Shown here: piece after piece, positions 26,501-30,653 of the stretch | How positions within the stretch are numbered: the stretch's first letter is position 1 | Layout: each line of letters opens with the position of its first letter | Assembly: GCA_038153405.1 (NCBI GenBank) | Contig: JAYOYH010000001.1 | Location: 1,493-32,145 of the forward strand | Reading direction: 5' to 3' | Source of the DNA: Gemmatimonadota bacterium | GTDB lineage: Bacteria > Latescibacterota > UBA2968 > UBA8231 | DNA: 30,653 nt | Notes under the pieces: model-generated | Told to the model about the DNA's origin: nothing | Seen by the model: the letters and a program-made list of their open reading frames with translations, nothing else | The model's database searches: none | Translations under genes and position numbers: made by a program

Positions 26501-28473
26501 ACCCGCCGCGCCCGCCCAGCGAGGTAGAGGCGCGCGACTTGGGCCGCGATCTGGGCCGCCAGGTAGAAGTCGTTTGGCGGGCGCCCGAACTAGATGAACA
26601 GCTGGGTCGCACGACGCGCTATACCGTATTTCGCTCAGCTACGCGCGGCGGAGACTACGCGGCCATTGATACGCTGCTGGCCGGCAGTAGGCGCTTTATC
26701 GATCCGGCTGCCACGTTAGCCGACACGTTCTATTACTACATCGTCGCCGGCAATGCCGGCGTTGAATCGGTTCCTTCTGATACCGTATGGGCCGTGTCGC
26801 AGCCGTCGCCTTTTTTTCAGCTCGAAGTGGTCGATGAAGCCCGTTTCAGCATTGGCGATACGCTGGTTGTACGCGCCTTTATTGTACCGACTGCCCACGT
26901 GCTAACGGGTGTCTCCATTTATATGAGCTACGATGCAGAGGGTCTCGATCTCGTCGATGAACGGACAGGCGAAGCCCTGGCAGAAGGCGGTGAACTGACT
27001 GACGTTCAGCCCTTCCGCGTAGCCAGCGCTTTTGAGGGGCGCGTGATCGAAAATGCCATGCACGGCGGCGAAGCGGGCCGAGTCAATCTCTCTTTGGTGC
27101 AGAGTATGGGCTTGCCGCTGATCGATGCCGGGGTCGATCCAGTGCTACTGGGCGAAGTGCGCTTTGTGACTAACGGCGATGTCACCGCGCAGATTCGCAT
27201 TGACGAGGAACCACAGCTCAACCGCATCAGCGCGGTCGTCGACGATGAGGGTCAGTGGATTCCGCCCTTCATTCCCGAACAGCCGATTGAGATTGTTGCG
27301 CGCGACTATACCGTGCGCGGACAGGTCGCGCTGCAGGCTCGAGAGGTCGACAATGCCAATGTGCAGGTTTCCTTGCATTTCTACAACGCGGAAGGTCAAC
27401 TGCTGGTATCGCCGATCAACGACGAAAATCGATTTAAAGAGGGCATACAGTACACGCTTGACGAGCGCGGTGCCTTTGCGCTGGCGCAGATTCCGCCGGG
27501 TGTTTACAACCTGCTCGTAAAAGCGGATACGCACCTGCGCGGACACGTGGTCGATGGACCCATTACCATCGGCGGCGAACTGGTTGAAGATCCGCTGCAA
27601 TTTGAGTGGGCGACCGAGGAAATCAGCGTGCCGTTGCCCGCTGGCGATGCCAACGATGACAATCGAATTAACTTAGCTGACTTTGGTCAATTGGTTGACT
27701 ACTTCAATAGCAATACAACCGTTGAGCCTGCGGCACGGCGCGCCGATTTTAACGGCGATGGGCAAGTCGGACTCGATGATTTTATGTTGCTGGCCGAAAA
27801 TTTTGGCCGCATCGGCATGGAATTGGCTGAAGAAGCGGTAGCTAAAGAGGCCCCGTCTTCCGCGCCCGTTCTACTGGATGCCAACGGCATGCTGCGCCTG
27901 CAGAATCCCGAAGACATAACAGCGCTTACGCTGCTCTTTCTCGACGTCGATGCCGCTTCCCTTTCTCTGCGGGGGACGGCGTGGGAAGAGCGCCGATACC
28001 ATATGCATACGTGGGATGAGGGGGGGGCGACGCGGCTAGTCATAGCTCTTGCCGAATCGCGCACCGCCCTGCGCAGCGCGGAAGACCTGATGCTGATCCC
28101 GGCTGGTGCCACTCCCATCGGAGGTCAGATCCTGCGCGCCGACGGCTCGCTAATCGATCTCACTATGGAAGCGGCCGCCGTGCGGCCACAGCACAGCGCG
28201 CTGTGGCCCAATTATCCAAACCCGTTTAACCCAGAGACCACCATTCCCTTCGCGATTGGTATCGGCGATGGTCGTCGCGTCGAGTTATCCATATACAACG
28301 CGCTGGGCCAAAACATACGCACCATCTTTGATGGGGCGTTGGCGCCGGGCATGTATAGGATGATCTGGGATGGTCGCGATGCCGGCGGTTGGGCGGTATC
28401 TTCGGGAGCCTACTTTTATCGCTTACAGACAGGCGATAAGATGCAGGTTCGGGGCTTGCTGTTGCTGCGCTGA
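23518..28473 (+). CDS. Secreted mosaic protein C (1651 aa): Asp-box/BNR beta-propeller, 3 ASH/choice-of-anchor-D Ig domains, FG-GAP/VCBS repeats, FN3-like, cohesin-like, carboxypeptidase-regulatory-like, dockerin-like, T9SS sorting-like C-terminus
   Basis: Signal peptide (alternative ATG at 23527). Six Asp-boxes (YRSGDGGQTW, FTSSDGGRQW, YLSENRGETW, YVSRNGGASW, FISQDSGDSW, FRTRDGGGSW). Three FG.V.[VI]...ISN.G...L units. Repeats DLNADGAAD, DLDADGDVD, DFDADGDND, DLNGDGAND. Dockerin GDANDDNRINLADFGQLVDYF / ADFNGDGQVGLDDFMLLAENFG. C-terminal PNYPNPFNPET..LLLLR. Confidence 0.92.
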   Translation: MQIMKHLKKTYYALLCALSCLLAATGAVAGSNEWTREGAGLNATVNVLQFHAGRTDTLFAGAVDGFYRSGDGGQTWLPSGALLVDRSVLSLAVDPERPTQLYAGTHVGLFTSSDGGRQWRSVSSVTSGVLSLSPGQGGRVYAGTFGEGIYLSENRGETWRAAGGELASEIVFALAAHPFESNTIYAGTGRGLYVSRNGGASWQAVADLAGQSVRSIVVGDERTLSGLIVVGAFGGGVFISQDSGDSWRVANSGLSDRNVRMVAIDLDVPGLYYAATAAAGFFRTRDGGGSWAAINEGLGDLATRWIGVVPGVEGRLLGLTRNSGIYALQFEPEARARFSASQLNFGPVAVGSIASLAVDISNDGQASLVVSNINVDRESAFGVSPASLTVKAGQTERVQVRFQPQQRGAVSTNMMVRSNDPFAGSTSISLLGTGVQAQLKAQPSAVRFGAVRVGGYVDTTVAISNEGNAVLELRNAFFEDSAFRLLNALPDALAPGQKALLRVRFVPLVARGISSNLVIVAGDGMDNKVPFDGIGTAPDIGLSSMDVDFGTVDIATARVQTLDISNSGNAPLTIRALSLQGESFSIDGNEPKVIAPGEIYALSLRFFPIEAGARRGVLTVESDAPGRQSSVQVHLVGAGGALALRAQEPLAAGIGSADLLVVDLNADGAADMVLADSAGGKIHVHINDGAGAFTAMASYPSDMASYGAWDRPAAMAVAPIFGSAPDLVVADPVARSLSLLANDGQGGFDQQRTDVYIGHVLADVLAVDLDADGDVDIATANADDASVTILYNNGRGNFNARAAIDVGSGPAALAAGHLNADDHRDLVVANSAAGTISVVLADLQGGFLTHQDYVVGQGPISVHVVDFDADGDNDVLAGSRGSRDVAVLLNDGSGRLTLLQRINVDIPLVDMALSDLTRDIFSDLVVAGGSGDYIAFLENDGGTGLVVRDIITSQVPVRRVAIADLNGDGANDIAALSSSDSQVQVFLNEDARLGDPPRPPSEVEARDLGRDLGRQVEVVWRAPELDEQLGRTTRYTVFRSATRGGDYAAIDTLLAGSRRFIDPAATLADTFYYYIVAGNAGVESVPSDTVWAVSQPSPFFQLEVVDEARFSIGDTLVVRAFIVPTAHVLTGVSIYMSYDAEGLDLVDERTGEALAEGGELTDVQPFRVASAFEGRVIENAMHGGEAGRVNLSLVQSMGLPLIDAGVDPVLLGEVRFVTNGDVTAQIRIDEEPQLNRISAVVDDEGQWIPPFIPEQPIEIVARDYTVRGQVALQAREVDNANVQVSLHFYNAEGQLLVSPINDENRFKEGIQYTLDERGAFALAQIPPGVYNLLVKADTHLRGHVVDGPITIGGELVEDPLQFEWATEEISVPLPAGDANDDNRINLADFGQLVDYFNSNTTVEPAARRADFNGDGQVGLDDFMLLAENFGRIGMELAEEAVAKEAPSSAPVLLDANGMLRLQNPEDITALTLLFLDVDAASLSLRGTAWEERRYHMHTWDEGGATRLVIALAESRTALRSAEDLMLIPAGATPIGGQILRADGSLIDLTMEAAAVRPQHSALWPNYPNPFNPETTIPFAIGIGDGRRVELSIYNALGQNIRTIFDGALAPGMYRMIWDGRDAGGWAVSSGAYFYRLQTGDKMQVRGLLLLR

Positions 28474-28490
28474 GTCGCCATATTGAAGGG

Positions 28491-29435
28491 ATGAGCGTGC
28501 GTTTTATTCCCTTCGTAGCTATACTGTGCGGTGCCCAAGTATGGTCGCCGCCAGCAGCGGCGCCAGAACCTATTTCTTCGCTGATTGAACACGAGCAACT
28601 GGCGGCTATTTCATCGGTTGACGAGCACTTGCTGCGCTACCATCTGCTGCATGCAGACTCGCTCGATGGCCACCCCAAAAGGGGGAGGCGCCTCTTTTTT
28701 CACCTGCGCGCCGATTCGGCCGATGCCGCCCGGCGCCTATTGGACGACGTCCAGGGCCCGGCATCTCTCAATGCGATGCCGGGCGATATGGGCCAGTTAC
28801 CGGTCGCTCAGAAAAAGGCCCTTTTCTTCTCAATTCTATTACCCATCGTTCAGTTTCATAACGAGACTACGCTGGCGCGTCGCCAGCGTTTGTTGGATAT
28901 GGCTTCTGGGGTGTCAGACGACGCTTTTTTTCGCGCCATGGCCGAGCACTATGCCCTTGCTCGTCATCCGCATCCGCTCGCTACGCGCGCCGACTCACTG
29001 CGCGAACTGATCCACCGCGTCGATGTCGTGCCGCCGTCGCTGGTGCTGGCACAGGCGGCCATAGAGTCGGGATGGGGCACGTCGCGCTTTGCTCGGAGCG
29101 GCAATAATCTCTACGGACAGCGCATCTGGCGCAGTGACTTACAGGGAATGACAGCTGAAGGTGCAGCGACCTCGCGCTTTCGCCTCGCGGTATACGTCAA
29201 TATTGCGGCCAGCGTGCGCAGCTACATGCGCAACTTAAACTCCCATCCTTCTTACGGCGATTTACGCGCCCTGCGCGCCGAGTCGCGAGCGCAGGACGGC
29301 GCCGTTCTCGGCGCCGTCCTAGCCGCCGGCCTCAGCCGCTATTCGACTCGCGGTGCCGAGTACGTAGCCGACGTTAAACGGCTGATTCGCGGCAACGCGC
29401 TGGAGCAGTTTGACAGGGAGCTAAGCAGCCCGTGA
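28491..29435 (+). CDS. Bax-like glucosaminidase-domain protein (GH73-type peptidoglycan hydrolase)
   Basis: Motifs KKALFFSILLP, RVDVVPPSLVLAQAAIESGWGTSRFA..GNNLYG, SVRSYMRNLNSHPSY..LR..R and L..YSTRG.EYV are typical of Bax/glucosaminidase proteins. It has an N-terminal signal-like segment. Confidence 0.88.
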   Translation: MSVRFIPFVAILCGAQVWSPPAAAPEPISSLIEHEQLAAISSVDEHLLRYHLLHADSLDGHPKRGRRLFFHLRADSADAARRLLDDVQGPASLNAMPGDMGQLPVAQKKALFFSILLPIVQFHNETTLARRQRLLDMASGVSDDAFFRAMAEHYALARHPHPLATRADSLRELIHRVDVVPPSLVLAQAAIESGWGTSRFARSGNNLYGQRIWRSDLQGMTAEGAATSRFRLAVYVNIAASVRSYMRNLNSHPSYGDLRALRAESRAQDGAVLGAVLAAGLSRYSTRGAEYVADVKRLIRGNALEQFDRELSSP

Positions 29436-30529
29436 AGCGACTATATTGCGCCCTGTTGCTGGCATTGTGCCAAGTCGGCGAATCGGTCGCCGAGCGTCCC
29501 GGTTACGTGACCATTCTGCTCTACCATCGCTTTGGCGAGAGCAAGTATCCCACGACCAATATATCGGTGGAAATGTTTCGCCAGCAGCTGCAGTATCTGC
29601 GCGATAACAACTATCAGGTACTATCGATGGGGGCGTTTCGCCAACTCGTGGAAGCAAAGCAGCCCTTTCCACAGAAGGCGGTGCTCATCACCATCGACGA
29701 TGCCTATCGCTCCATTTACGAGCGCGCCTTTCCGCTGCTCAAAGAGTTCGACTATCCCTTTACCGTCTTTGCCAACGCCAGTCCGCTCTACAGTAAATCG
29801 CCCAATTTTATGACGTGGGATATGCTCAGAGAAATGCGCGACTGGGGGGCGACGATTGCCAACCACAGCTATTACCACCCGCGCATTGGGCGACCACAGG
29901 AGGGGCAGACGCGCGCCGAATACGCCGAGTGGGTGCGTCGAGATCTGCAAAAGGCGCAGCGCGCCATGGCCGATAACGGCTTGGCTAGCGATCTATTCGC
30001 TTATCCATACGGCGAGTACAATGCGGTGGTAGAGGAGGTGGCTAGCCAGATGGGTTTTGCGCTCCTATTCGCCCAGGATGAAGGCGGCGTCGATCTATCT
30101 AGCAATCCGCAGCGCATACCGCGCGTGGCGATTGTCGGGGCCGATATGAATATGGAGCGCTTCGCTTTTAAGCTTAATCTGGCGCCGCTGCACGTGGAAG
30201 ACATGCAGCCGCAGGCCGTTGAGCTAGAGCGCGATGGCGCGCCGTTTTTCTCGCTGCGCTTGGCGCAGCCCGAGCGCTATCGACCGGGTATAATCAATAT
30301 GTTTATCTCGGAGTTGGGCCGGGTAGATGCCGACTTTGATCGCGCCAGTGGCGTGCTTTCCTACCGCTGTTCAACGGCGCTCACTCGGCCGATGAATCGC
30401 CTGATCGTCACGGCGCGCGAAAAGGGGAGCGCACATTTTTCGATGTTTTCGCGCCTCTACTTTCTGCCGTTTGCCCAACTAGGCGGCGCGGAGGTGCCCG
30501 CTGATCAGTCGTCCCAACGCGCCGATTAA
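29432..30529 (+). CDS. Polysaccharide deacetylase family protein (CE4/NodB domain, IcaB/PgaB-like) with C-terminal extension
   Basis: GTGA overlap with the upstream gene and a signal peptide. Motifs ILLYHRF, VLITIDDAY, NHSYYH and FAYPYGEYN. Confidence 0.92.
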   Translation: MKRLYCALLLALCQVGESVAERPGYVTILLYHRFGESKYPTTNISVEMFRQQLQYLRDNNYQVLSMGAFRQLVEAKQPFPQKAVLITIDDAYRSIYERAFPLLKEFDYPFTVFANASPLYSKSPNFMTWDMLREMRDWGATIANHSYYHPRIGRPQEGQTRAEYAEWVRRDLQKAQRAMADNGLASDLFAYPYGEYNAVVEEVASQMGFALLFAQDEGGVDLSSNPQRIPRVAIVGADMNMERFAFKLNLAPLHVEDMQPQAVELERDGAPFFSLRLAQPERYRPGIINMFISELGRVDADFDRASGVLSYRCSTALTRPMNRLIVTAREKGSAHFSMFSRLYFLPFAQLGGAEVPADQSSQRAD

Positions 30530-30538
30530 CGCCGCAGC

Positions 30539-30587
30539 GGGGCGGTCTCGCGCGCAAAGCGCCCGCGGGTGCGCGCGGGTACGCCCC
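30539..30587 (+). other. Long GC-rich hairpin immediately after the last gene of the cluster
   Basis: GGGGCG (30539-44) pairs with CGCCCC (30582-87), and CGCGCGCA (30549-56) pairs with TGCGCGCG (30570-77). No T-tract follows. Confidence 0.5.
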
Positions 30588-30653
30588 TGGGTTCACCTCG
30601 CGAGGAGTTCGGCTTGGGTGCGCCGAGAGGCTCTTAATATACGGGGGGGGAAT

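Noticed and set aside
6703..28473. Classical cellulosome or polysaccharide utilisation locus
   Set aside because: There is no multi-cohesin scaffoldin, no recognisable cellulase or CBM3, and no SusC/SusD pair in the window.

Overview
GC-rich bacterial DNA filled almost entirely by nine genes. Seven encode very large, modular, apparently exported proteins with no recognisable catalytic domain. At the left, a 5'-truncated dockerin-like/FGE-sulfatase-fold gene converges on a 1549-aa gene with NHL repeats, tandem Ig/cadherin-like repeats and a C-terminal dockerin-like module. Five consecutive + strand giants (about 1330-1650 aa) follow, each with a signal peptide, one or more cohesin-like domains and a C-terminal 'PNPF...W[DN]GRD..G....SG.Y' FlgD-Ig/T9SS type-A sorting-like domain. 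They are arranged A-B-A'-B'-C, an old tandem duplication of a two-gene unit. A Bax-like GH73 glucosaminidase and a CE4 polysaccharide deacetylase close the cluster. My best interpretation (inference) is a non-cellulosomal cohesin-dockerin surface or adhesion scaffold exported by a T9SS-like route. The domain style suggests an FCB-related lineage such as Latescibacterota, but this is unverified. I saw no rRNA, tRNA, CRISPR array or mobile element. All domain calls come from motif recognition by eye, not from HMM searches.
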